Source: Planctomycetota bacterium (GTDB lineage Bacteria; Planctomycetota; SZUA-567; H5-PLA8). Taken from it: DNA of 64,000 nt. This document shows, in pieces, positions 48,674-57,036 of the stretch. How positions within the stretch are numbered: the first letter of the stretch is position 1; each line of letters starts with the position of its first letter. The notes below the pieces were generated by a model. It saw only the letters and a list, made by a program, of their open reading frames with translations, was not told the DNA's origin and searched no databases. The DNA is taken from contig JBBRPR010000050.1 in the NCBI GenBank assembly GCA_038227875.1, forward strand, positions 1 through 64,000, written 5' to 3'. Position numbers and translations under genes: made by a program.

Positions 48674-49165
48674 TCAAGTATGCGAATTGGCGATGATCAC
48701 CGTGTTGGCCAGCAATTCCGTCGTGGCGCACAGACGTTTGCAAACGGTGCGGCCGATGTTCAAGCTGATGCGCAGCGCGGTCAGGTTGTTCTCCGCGAGC
48801 TTGTTGGTGAAGAGTTTGCCCGGCAGGTAACCGACCATGACATTGGTGACCGCGCGGATCCCGGCGGTGCGGGCCTGGTTGTTGAGCAGCCCGATCTCGC
48901 CGAAGAAACTGGGCGCGGTGATTTCCGTCAGCTTCACGTTGCGGATGCTCGACGTTTTCACCACGGAGACCGTGCCGCCGGTGAGCACGTACATGCCGCA
49001 CGCCAGGCGGCCTTCGCGGATGATCTCCGCGCCCGCGAGGTAATCGCGGCGTTCCAGCCATGTGTAGAGTTCGTTGAGCTGTGACTGCTCAAGATCCTGA
49101 AAGATCTCGATTTTCTCGACGACTTTTTCCAGCATGGGTGTCCCTGCCATTTTTTTCTCCGCCAT
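48674..49165 (-). CDS. Stand-alone cyclic-nucleotide-binding domain protein
   Basis: IFQDL, IIREG, MYVLTGG, FFGEIGLL..RTAGIRA; start MAEKK at 49165. Confidence 0.85.
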   Translation of the reverse strand: MAEKKMAGTPMLEKVVEKIEIFQDLEQSQLNELYTWLERRDYLAGAEIIREGRLACGMYVLTGGTVSVVKTSSIRNVKLTEITAPSFFGEIGLLNNQARTAGIRAVTNVMVGYLPGKLFTNKLAENNLTALRISLNIGRTVCKRLCATTELLANTVIIANSHT

Positions 49166-49346
49166 ATAAACTCTATCCTCACCCATCGCATTTGACAGAC
49201 GGAACGTTCCCGGAATCCATTTATAATAAGCAGCGCGAAAAAAATCCTGAAATGAACATGTGCAACTCTTTCGCTTTCGAGATTTTTTCGGCGGGATATG
49301 CTGACTTTCCGCACGCTGCGAAAATTTCCCACAAAGAGGACTCGTC

Positions 49347-50219
49347 ATGAAGGGCATCATTCTCGCCGGCGGCTCGGGCACGCGTCTTTACCCCATCACC
49401 CGCGTCGTCAGCAAACAACTGCTCCCGGTTTTCGACAAGCCGATGATCTACTATCCGCTCTCCACATTGATGCTCAGCGGCATCCGTGAAATCCTGGTCA
49501 TCTCCACGCCGGAAGATCTGCCGCGCTTCGAACAATTGCTCGGCGATGGCGCGCAGTGGGGCTTGAAATTTCACTACAAAGTTCAGCACACGCCCAACGG
49601 CCTGGCGCAGGCGTTCGTGATCGGTCGCGACTTTGTCGGCAGCGACAGTGTCGCGCTGGTTCTTGGTGACAACATTTTTTATGGCCACGGCTTGAGCCGC
49701 CTGCTTCAGAATGCCGCGCAGCAAAAAGATGGCGGAACGGTCTTCGGTTACTGGGTGAAAGATCCCGAGCGCTACGGCGTGGCGGAAGTGAGCAAAGAGG
49801 GAAAGGTCCTGAGCCTCGAGGAAAAGCCTGCGAAGCCCAAGTCGCATTACGCGGTCACCGGACTTTACTACTACGACCACCAGGTGCTCGACATCGCGCA
49901 GGCGCTGAAGCCTTCCGCGCGCGGCGAGTACGAAATCACCGACGTCAACAAGGAGTACCTCCGCCGCGGCCAGCTCCGCTTGGAATTCCTCGGCCGCGGC
50001 ATGGCGTGGCTGGATACCGGCACGCACGAATCGCTTCACGAAGCGTCGAGCTTCATCGAGACGATCGAGAAGCGCCAGGGCCTGAAAGTCGCGTGTCCCG
50101 AAGAGATCGCCTACCGCATGAAGTACATCGATGCCGCCCAGGTTCTCAAGCTGGCCGAACCGCTGAAGAAGAATTCGTACGGGCAGTATTTGTTTCAGGT
50201 GCTGGAAGACAGGATGTAA
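49347..50219 (+). CDS. rfbA: Glucose-1-phosphate thymidylyltransferase
   Basis: [52 protein letters not shown]. Confidence 0.97.
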   Translation: MKGIILAGGSGTRLYPITRVVSKQLLPVFDKPMIYYPLSTLMLSGIREILVISTPEDLPRFEQLLGDGAQWGLKFHYKVQHTPNGLAQAFVIGRDFVGSDSVALVLGDNIFYGHGLSRLLQNAAQQKDGGTVFGYWVKDPERYGVAEVSKEGKVLSLEEKPAKPKSHYAVTGLYYYDHQVLDIAQALKPSARGEYEITDVNKEYLRRGQLRLEFLGRGMAWLDTGTHESLHEASSFIETIEKRQGLKVACPEEIAYRMKYIDAAQVLKLAEPLKKNSYGQYLFQVLEDRM

Positions 50220-50220
50220 G

Positions 50221-50290
50221 GGCAATTTTGAATTCTTATTTTGAATTTTGAATTACTGCCGCGCGAAGTAATTCAAAATTAAAAATTGCC
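50221..50290. repeat. Inverted heptamer (TTTTGAA/TTCAAAA) element
   Basis: GGCAATTTTGAATTCTTATTTTGAATTTTGAATTACT...AGTAATTCAAAATTAAAAATTGCC right after the rfbA stop. Confidence 0.85.
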
Positions 50291-50318
50291 TGGGATGCAT
50301 CATCCGCCCTCGTGGGTT

Positions 50319-51080
50319 CTACTTGGGCAGCAGTTTCACAATCCACGGTTCGCCGGCGCAGTCGCGTTTCATGCGTTCGAGATCTTCCGGTGATTTCAAT
50401 GGCTGCATCAGCGGCCCAAAGCGCGTCCACCAGGCTTCGACGGCTTCCGCCTCGGTCTGATGATGCGACTCCGGAAGATAAACATCCGCGGCAAGCTGAC
50501 TGAACGCGAGCTCACGCACGTCCTTTGCCTGGCGGTCGAGCGGATGACTCTGCTCGAACAAGACGTGCATTTTTTCGATGGGGCGGAGCAGCGCAAGCTT
50601 CGCCATTAGTTCCTCTTTCTGTACGAAAAATGGCGGTACATCATTGGCGCCCGAGCCGGTGAACAGTGGACAGGCTTCGCTTAATTTCGAGAAGTCATGT
50701 TTGACGCAATGGTAGTGAAACAACTCTTCAACGCGCGATGACTTTGTGAATGAAACCTGGCAGACCCAGAAGTGGTACGTCGTCCGCGGCGCGCCGCAGT
50801 GTTTGCAGAGGTTCTCGCTTTTGCCTTCGAGAAAATAGCCAGTCAACGCCGACATTCCCATCAGCGCCAGCGCGCCAGGCAGCGCGACCCACGCCGGTGC
50901 GAGAACTTTGGGCTTGAGGCCGTGATAGATCCAGAGGCTCAAGACGCCGCCGCCGAACGAGGCGATCGCCGCGCGGATCAATTCCAGCGGCGTGGGCTCG
51001 CCGCCCGTCGCGCCGGTGATCGCGCTGGGAATTCCGGAGAGGATGACCAGGATCAACGCGTGCCGCAGCGAGAATTTCAT
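50319..51080 (-). CDS. Hypothetical membrane protein with CxxC..CxxH putative metal site
   Basis: MKFSLRHALIL N-terminus, ~3 TM segments, CKHCG..HCVKHDF. Confidence 0.65.
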   Translation of the reverse strand: MKFSLRHALILVILSGIPSAITGATGGEPTPLELIRAAIASFGGGVLSLWIYHGLKPKVLAPAWVALPGALALMGMSALTGYFLEGKSENLCKHCGAPRTTYHFWVCQVSFTKSSRVEELFHYHCVKHDFSKLSEACPLFTGSGANDVPPFFVQKEELMAKLALLRPIEKMHVLFEQSHPLDRQAKDVRELAFSQLAADVYLPESHHQTEAEAVEAWWTRFGPLMQPLKSPEDLERMKRDCAGEPWIVKLLPK

Positions 51081-51115
51081 GGCGGTATGTTAACGGGGAA
51101 GGCCATGCCGGACCT

Positions 51116-51817
51116 TCAATAATCGCGAATGTGTTTCAACAAACGCCAGAGCTGCCGGACATCGGCGCGGGCGACGGTGCGTTCGGGGTAGACGGCGTTG
51201 AGCGGGACCAGGCGGAGCTGTTCGGCGTCCACAAAAATGACGCGGCGGAAGACGTTCGAATCTTTCAGCGCGACGAGCACGAAGTCGCCGGACTTCGGTG
51301 GCGTAGCGCCGAAGATCGCCAGTTCGCCGGGGCGGAAATCGTCCGCGCCGCCGGGCTTGTGCATCGCGTCGTCGTCGATGCGGATGGCGAAAGGATGAGC
51401 ATCGTGGAGCGCGGCGTCGGGCGCCAACTGCAACATCACTTCCCGCCGCGTGTCGAGGATGTTGCCGGACGAATCGAGTTGCACGGGCTGCGCGGCGCTG
51501 ATGTCCAGCACGGGAACCGGCACCAGTTTTCCCGTCAGCAGCAGCGCGGCGTGCTTGGGGCCCATGGACGCGGCCCACTTGCGTTCGACTTCCTGAACTT
51601 TCGATTCGCTGTAAAAGGTCTGCACTTCAACGCCGAGCGCCTTGGCGATTTTCTCCAACGTGTTGCGGCGGGGCGAGACGAGCCCGTTTTCGATGCGCGA
51701 AAGATTCGGCTGCTTCAAGCCGGTGAGCAGCGCCAATTCGGACTGGCGCATGCCCTTCTCGCGGCGCATTAAATGGATGATTCGGCCAATATAACGGTGA
51801 ATCGCTGGCAGGGACAT
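51116..51817 (-). CDS. XRE HTH plus degenerate S24 (LexA/CI-like) transcriptional regulator
   Basis: MRQSELALLTGLKQPNLSRIENG; FAIRIDDDAM, GDFVLV, LVPLNAVYP. Confidence 0.85.
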   Translation of the reverse strand: MSLPAIHRYIGRIIHLMRREKGMRQSELALLTGLKQPNLSRIENGLVSPRRNTLEKIAKALGVEVQTFYSESKVQEVERKWAASMGPKHAALLLTGKLVPVPVLDISAAQPVQLDSSGNILDTRREVMLQLAPDAALHDAHPFAIRIDDDAMHKPGGADDFRPGELAIFGATPPKSGDFVLVALKDSNVFRRVIFVDAEQLRLVPLNAVYPERTVARADVRQLWRLLKHIRDY

Positions 51818-51883
51818 GGGCGTCTCCAGAAACTATATTATCCCATGCCTTACGTTCTGGCAATGTTTTGGTGGATCTTACGT

Positions 51884-53014
51884 CTATTTATTCGAATTCC
51901 CTTCGAACGTGATGGGCACTTCTTCCGAGACCAGCGTGCCCGTCCAGACCGGCGTGCCGATGTCCAGGCCGCTGCCGTCGAAGGAACTGCTGTAGATCGC
52001 GCTGACGAAATATTCGCCGTTGAATGCGCCGAGTCCCTTGATTTCCTTGGCGTCGAAAAAGAGTTCCTTGGTGATGCTGCTTTCGCGCGCCACGGTGGTG
52101 AAGTCCAGCGCATCGGTGATCGACAGAACCGAGCTGTCGGCAACGGCGACGGGGATGTGCAGCACCACGGTCGCGCCGCCGGCCTTCGGACGCATGCGCA
52201 CGGCGTACGGTGCGGCCGCGCCGTCGTACACGGCCTGATCCTTGGCGTGCGTGTTTTCGATCTTCGCGGTGATCGAGAAGCTGTTGTCGTGGCGCATCGA
52301 CACCTGCGGGCGCAGCGCCCAGAGGCGCAGGCCCATCACGGTTTCGCCGCCCTTTTGCGTTTCAATCGCCTTGTCGGCTTCGCGCTGGCGGGCGCGCTGA
52401 GCCATCTGGTGGTCCCACTCGCGCAGGTAGCGGCCGTCGGCGACGGAGCGCGGCCGGTTGGCGCCGAGTTTCACCTGCGGCAGCAGGTCCGCGTCGTACA
52501 CTGACTGCGGGTGGCTGACGCGGTACGCGGCGTCGCCGGGCGCGGTGTGTTCCCAGAGAAAGAAAATCGCCTGCGTGCCTTCCGGCGGGATGGGCACGGT
52601 TTTTTCTGCGACGATGGGGATGAATTCCTGCGGTGCCGTGGCCGGGGGAGCCGGCGGCGGCAGATCGACCTTGTCGTTGGCCAACCGCGCGGCGGCGCGC
52701 TTCACGGCTTCGGGATCCACCTTCTTAGGCGCGACCCACGGCAGCGCTTTCAGCGACTGCTGTACTTTCAGAACCGTGTTGCCATCCTTGTCCTTCGCGA
52801 CTTCGGCGACGACGATCCGTTCGGAACGGTTCAGCAATTCAAAGAAGGTGTAGTAACTGATCGGCTTGGCTTCGGGCTTCTGCGGCGCGGGGGGAGAGGC
52901 ATCGGCGACCGTCTTTCCCTCGGGAACAGCCTCCGCGAAAACCGCCGGCGAAAGTCCGCACATGACGATGGAAGAAGTGAGGAAACAACGCCACGCTGAA
53001 CTGATCACGTTCAT
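51884..53014 (-). CDS. Exported hypothetical protein
   Basis: Signal-peptide-like N-terminus, Pro-rich linkers, GC3-rich codons. Confidence 0.65.
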   Translation of the reverse strand: MNVISSAWRCFLTSSIVMCGLSPAVFAEAVPEGKTVADASPPAPQKPEAKPISYYTFFELLNRSERIVVAEVAKDKDGNTVLKVQQSLKALPWVAPKKVDPEAVKRAAARLANDKVDLPPPAPPATAPQEFIPIVAEKTVPIPPEGTQAIFFLWEHTAPGDAAYRVSHPQSVYDADLLPQVKLGANRPRSVADGRYLREWDHQMAQRARQREADKAIETQKGGETVMGLRLWALRPQVSMRHDNSFSITAKIENTHAKDQAVYDGAAAPYAVRMRPKAGGATVVLHIPVAVADSSVLSITDALDFTTVARESSITKELFFDAKEIKGLGAFNGEYFVSAIYSSSFDGSGLDIGTPVWTGTLVSEEVPITFEGNSNK

Positions 53015-53139
53015 GAAATGAAGCTCCAAAACTCCCCCGCCGGTTCTGCCCGTTGTCTGCGAAATTCACGTTGAAAGCAAGACCAATATGAGCAAAGCCC
53101 ATCGTTTTCGGACTACATAATGTGCAGAGCGCAAAGTCT

Positions 53140-54315
53140 TTATAGTCTTCCGCCGAGGCTGTCCTGCGCCTCGGACTTCCCCGACGCCGAGGGCGCGCCG
53201 GTGATTTCCAGGTAGCCGAAGCCGCTGACCGACTTTCCTGAAACCGATCCGCTGACATGCACGGCGCCCTCGTAGTAGCTGATGCCCGCCGACTTCGCCG
53301 AGCGGACTTCCTGATCGTCTTGCGCGGCGCGCACGTCCAGCGCGATCTGAGCGCCGGAGATCTCGACGTGCCAATCGAGCGCGTACTTGCGCTCCGTTTT
53401 CGGGCTGACCCACGCGCGGCTCGACGTGGTCTTGAATGCGCTCGCGGGAAGATGCGTCGACTTGCCTTGCGCGTCGGTCCACGTGCCGGAGGACGCGGGC
53501 TCCAGCGAGCCGTCGCGATTGCGAAGCTGGTAGAGCATCAGCGCGCTGCCGTCGGTGAGTTCGATCGCGAACCACTCCCAGCCGGCCTGATCTTTCGAAA
53601 GTTGATTGGAGCCGAATTCGTGGTCCATCCACGATTTTCCGGTGACGGCGTACGCTTTCGATTTGAGGCTGAGCGAGCCGGTGGTCGTGAGCTGCGGCAC
53701 GGAATAATAATAGGACGCCTGACCGGGCTTGGCGCCCTTGTGGCTCAGGCCTTCCTCGCCCGGCCGGCCGTGAAGCACCGGTTGCAGCGTTTCGGTGAGC
53801 GACAGATCGAGCGCGATGTCGCCTTGCGCGGCTTTCAAGGTCCAGCCGTTGGCGGTGCGGATCATGCTCCATTCGCGCAGCCAGACTTTGATGGGATCGG
53901 GATTCTTATCCTGCGGACCGGCTTCCGTCGCGCCGGCCAGATCGGCGGCGCCACGCATCAGATCTTCTTCGAAAGAGAATTGCTTTCCGCTGATGTCACT
54001 GATGGCGAGATGCCCGAGGTAAAAATCGGTCGGCGCCCAGACGCTGGTACGGCCGCGTTCTTGAGCGGACTTCACGTCGGCGGCGCGGCGGAAGATCGTG
54101 AACTGGTAGCCGAATTCATGGCCAGCGCCGTCGTTGAGGTTGCCCGTGACGTACCACCATTCGGTCTCGAAGCCGGCGTGGCTGCCGTGATCGTTGGGGA
54201 AGTTGAGCGTACGCGGCTCGATCGCCTGCTTGAATCCGGCGGGTTCATCCGCTGCATGCGTGAGCACAGATGCGGCGAGCAGTATTAAAATCGCGGCGCG
54301 TTTGATCATCGTCAT
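53140..54315 (-). CDS. AttH/CrtC-like lipocalin-fold secreted hydrolase
   Basis: FPNDHGSH..ETEWWYVTGNL, GYQFTIFR, ASYYYS, SWMDHEF, GWEWF, YYEG; ATGA overlap with the permease stop. Confidence 0.88.
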   Translation of the reverse strand: MTMIKRAAILILLAASVLTHAADEPAGFKQAIEPRTLNFPNDHGSHAGFETEWWYVTGNLNDGAGHEFGYQFTIFRRAADVKSAQERGRTSVWAPTDFYLGHLAISDISGKQFSFEEDLMRGAADLAGATEAGPQDKNPDPIKVWLREWSMIRTANGWTLKAAQGDIALDLSLTETLQPVLHGRPGEEGLSHKGAKPGQASYYYSVPQLTTTGSLSLKSKAYAVTGKSWMDHEFGSNQLSKDQAGWEWFAIELTDGSALMLYQLRNRDGSLEPASSGTWTDAQGKSTHLPASAFKTTSSRAWVSPKTERKYALDWHVEISGAQIALDVRAAQDDQEVRSAKSAGISYYEGAVHVSGSVSGKSVSGFGYLEITGAPSASGKSEAQDSLGGRL

Positions 54316-56963
54316 TCCTCCCGCAAGGCCTGCGAGATGTTCGTCCGCTGCGCGCGCAGGGCGGGGTAGACGCCGGCGAGCGCGGACATCAGCAGCGTCA
54401 GGATGCCGACGCGGATGAACACGTCCGAATGGATCGCGAAAAGAATCGTCCAGCCGAAGGCTCGAACGTTGATCACTTGAATCAGGACCACCGCTAGCGC
54501 CGGGCCCAGCGCGCACGCGACGAGAAACGCGACACAGCCCAGCAGCATCCCTTCAAAGACGATCAAGCCCCCGAGGCCTCGACCGGTCAAGCCAAGCGCA
54601 CGGATCAGCGCGAATTCCGAGGCGCGTTCGCGCAGCAGCGCCAGCAGCGCGCTGACGATGCCGCAAAGTCCCACCGCGAGGCTCAGGTTTTCCAGCTGGC
54701 CGGTGATCGCAAACGTGCGGTCGAAAACGCGAAACGCTTCGGCGCGCAGCGTGGTGTTGGAGAAGAGATACAGACCGTGCGGCGCGCCGATTTCGTCGCG
54801 GAGTTTCAGGCGCATCGCTTCCACGTCGGCGCCGGGCTTCAGGTACACGGTGGCGCTGTTGGGGCGGGCGTCGTGGAACAGTTTTTCATAGGTGCTTTTG
54901 TCCATGCTCGCCACGCCGCGGTCGGTGGCGTACTCGTAGTAAATCCCGGAGATGGGCAGCGACGCGGTGCCGCCGGCGGTGGGGATCACCAGCTGGCCGC
55001 CCAGCGCCAGGTGCCGCTTGCGCGAGAGCGATTCGGAGATCAGCACGCCGCCGTGCTGCAGACCCTGGAAGGCGGTATCGGGGTCGCCGGCCATGAACGG
55101 AAAGCGCGAGCGCCCGCGGCCGAAGGTCACTTTCGTGTCGGTGCCGATGACGAGAATCGGCGAGCCGTCATCCAGCAGCAGATCGCGGCCGCGGTAACTG
55201 TCGACGTCGGCGACTTCCGGCCGCGCGCGCAAGGCTTCGAGCACGTCGTCGGACATGAACGTGCGCAAACGCATGGCGCTGGGGCCCGCCGGGCGGATGT
55301 AGAGGTCCGCGTGGAGCGACTGGTCCATCCAGCGATCGAGCGTGCCGCGGAAGCTCGAGACCATCAGCGCGACGCCGATGGTCATGCTCAGGGAGAGCGA
55401 GAGCGCGCCGACGGCCAGCCCGGTGCGGCTGAGGTGCGCCGACAAGCCGCGGAAGGCCAGTTCGCCCAGCGCGCGCGTTGCGCCTGAAGAATTGCTGCCG
55501 CGATGGCCGAGCAATCGGGTCATCAGCACCGAAAAGCCCTTGGTGATCGCCGGCGAACAGAACGCGCCGCCCAGCGCGAGGGCGAACGCCGCGCCCAGTC
55601 CGGGAATCGGGCTGCTGCCGGGCACAAGCGCCAGCCCGATCGTCGCCGCGAAGGAAATCAAACCCAGCACGCCCAGAATTTTCCAGGAATGCTGCGAGCG
55701 CTGTTCCAGCCGCGAACGACGCAGGATCTGCACCGGCTGCGTCGCCGCCGCTTCGCGCGACGGAAACCACGCGCCGATCAGCGAGGCGAGCACGCCCAGC
55801 ACGAGGCCTTTAATGAATGGCGACGGCTCGTAGAAAATCGAAAACGCACCGACGTGAACGTAGAGATCGGAAACGATGCCGCCGACGCGTTCCAAAAATA
55901 ATCCCGCCAGGGCCGTGCCCGCGAGCAATCCGGCCAGCGAGCCGATCAGTCCAAGCAGCGCCGCCTCCAGCAGCACGGCGCGGCGGATCTCCGAGGCGCT
56001 GCTGCCCAGGCAGCGCAGCGTGCCGATCAGCGGCAGGCGCTGCAGCACTGCGACGGTGAGCGTGTTGTGAATCAGGAAAATGCCGACGACCAGCGCCAGC
56101 AGCGAGAGCGCGCGCAGGTTCAGTTCGAACGCATCGAGCAGCGCTTCAGTCTTGCCGCCGCGATCGGACGGGCGCTGAATCATCAGCTCCGGCGGGAGTT
56201 CTTTCTGGATGCGAGCGACGACGCGGTCGCCTTCCGCGCCGATGGGCAGCATCAGGTCGATCGAGCTGATAAAACCCGGCCGGCCAAAACGTCCCTGTGC
56301 GGCGGCGATGTCCATCAGCATCAGGTCGTCGCTGCCGCGCGAAAATCCGGTCGACGCGTCGTACGTGCCGATCAGCTTCAGCGTGTTGCGTTTGCCGGAG
56401 TAGAGCAGCGTGACGTCGCCGCCGAGCTTGAGATGCATGCGTTCGGCCACCGACTGCGGCAGCACGCAGGCGTCGTCGCGGACGACCCAATCGTGAAGCG
56501 CGCTGGAGCCGAGCGTGACGGACGAATTGGTTTTCGTTTCGGACTTCACGTCCGATGAACGGAACGGCGCGTCGAGCATCGGGTCGATGCCGAGGATGCG
56601 CACGACTGTCGCCGTCTCGCTGGCCGAGTGCGGCAGATCGCCAAGTTCGGCGTTGGCGCTGGGCAGGATGATGCCGTTGGATTCGAGCACGGGCGCGGCG
56701 GCGATGACGCCGGGAATTTTCAATGCGCGCGCGAACATCGCGTCGGGCACGCCGCTATAAAAGCCGTCGGCGGCGACAATCTGGTGCGTGGCCTTACCGT
56801 TGACCGCGCCGATGGATTCGCGAAAGCTGTTCAGCGCGCTGGCGTTGGCGATGTCCATCGCCGTGACCACGGCCACGCCCAGCGCCACGCCCAGAATTGC
56901 AATTCCCAGCTGGAGCAGATGCCTGCGCCAGTATGTGAGGAGAGTCCGAAACGCCTGTTTCAC
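54312..56963 (-). CDS. AttFG-like ABC transporter permease (duplicated FtsX/MacB-PCD)
   Basis: GVALGVAVV..NASALNSF, FELNLRALSLLALVVG, MVSSFRGT, FDRTFAIT; GTG start at ~56963. Confidence 0.88.
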   Translation of the reverse strand: MKQAFRTLLTYWRRHLLQLGIAILGVALGVAVVTAMDIANASALNSFRESIGAVNGKATHQIVAADGFYSGVPDAMFARALKIPGVIAAAPVLESNGIILPSANAELGDLPHSASETATVVRILGIDPMLDAPFRSSDVKSETKTNSSVTLGSSALHDWVVRDDACVLPQSVAERMHLKLGGDVTLLYSGKRNTLKLIGTYDASTGFSRGSDDLMLMDIAAAQGRFGRPGFISSIDLMLPIGAEGDRVVARIQKELPPELMIQRPSDRGGKTEALLDAFELNLRALSLLALVVGIFLIHNTLTVAVLQRLPLIGTLRCLGSSASEIRRAVLLEAALLGLIGSLAGLLAGTALAGLFLERVGGIVSDLYVHVGAFSIFYEPSPFIKGLVLGVLASLIGAWFPSREAAATQPVQILRRSRLEQRSQHSWKILGVLGLISFAATIGLALVPGSSPIPGLGAAFALALGGAFCSPAITKGFSVLMTRLLGHRGSNSSGATRALGELAFRGLSAHLSRTGLAVGALSLSLSMTIGVALMVSSFRGTLDRWMDQSLHADLYIRPAGPSAMRLRTFMSDDVLEALRARPEVADVDSYRGRDLLLDDGSPILVIGTDTKVTFGRGRSRFPFMAGDPDTAFQGLQHGGVLISESLSRKRHLALGGQLVIPTAGGTASLPISGIYYEYATDRGVASMDKSTYEKLFHDARPNSATVYLKPGADVEAMRLKLRDEIGAPHGLYLFSNTTLRAEAFRVFDRTFAITGQLENLSLAVGLCGIVSALLALLRERASEFALIRALGLTGRGLGGLIVFEGMLLGCVAFLVACALGPALAVVLIQVINVRAFGWTILFAIHSDVFIRVGILTLLMSALAGVYPALRAQRTNISQALREE

Positions 56964-57036
56964 GCGACGAAGTGTGCCACAACGCGGAGCAGACACAAGC
57001 TACCGCGATGAGGCAGAAGTCCGTGACAGACGAGGT

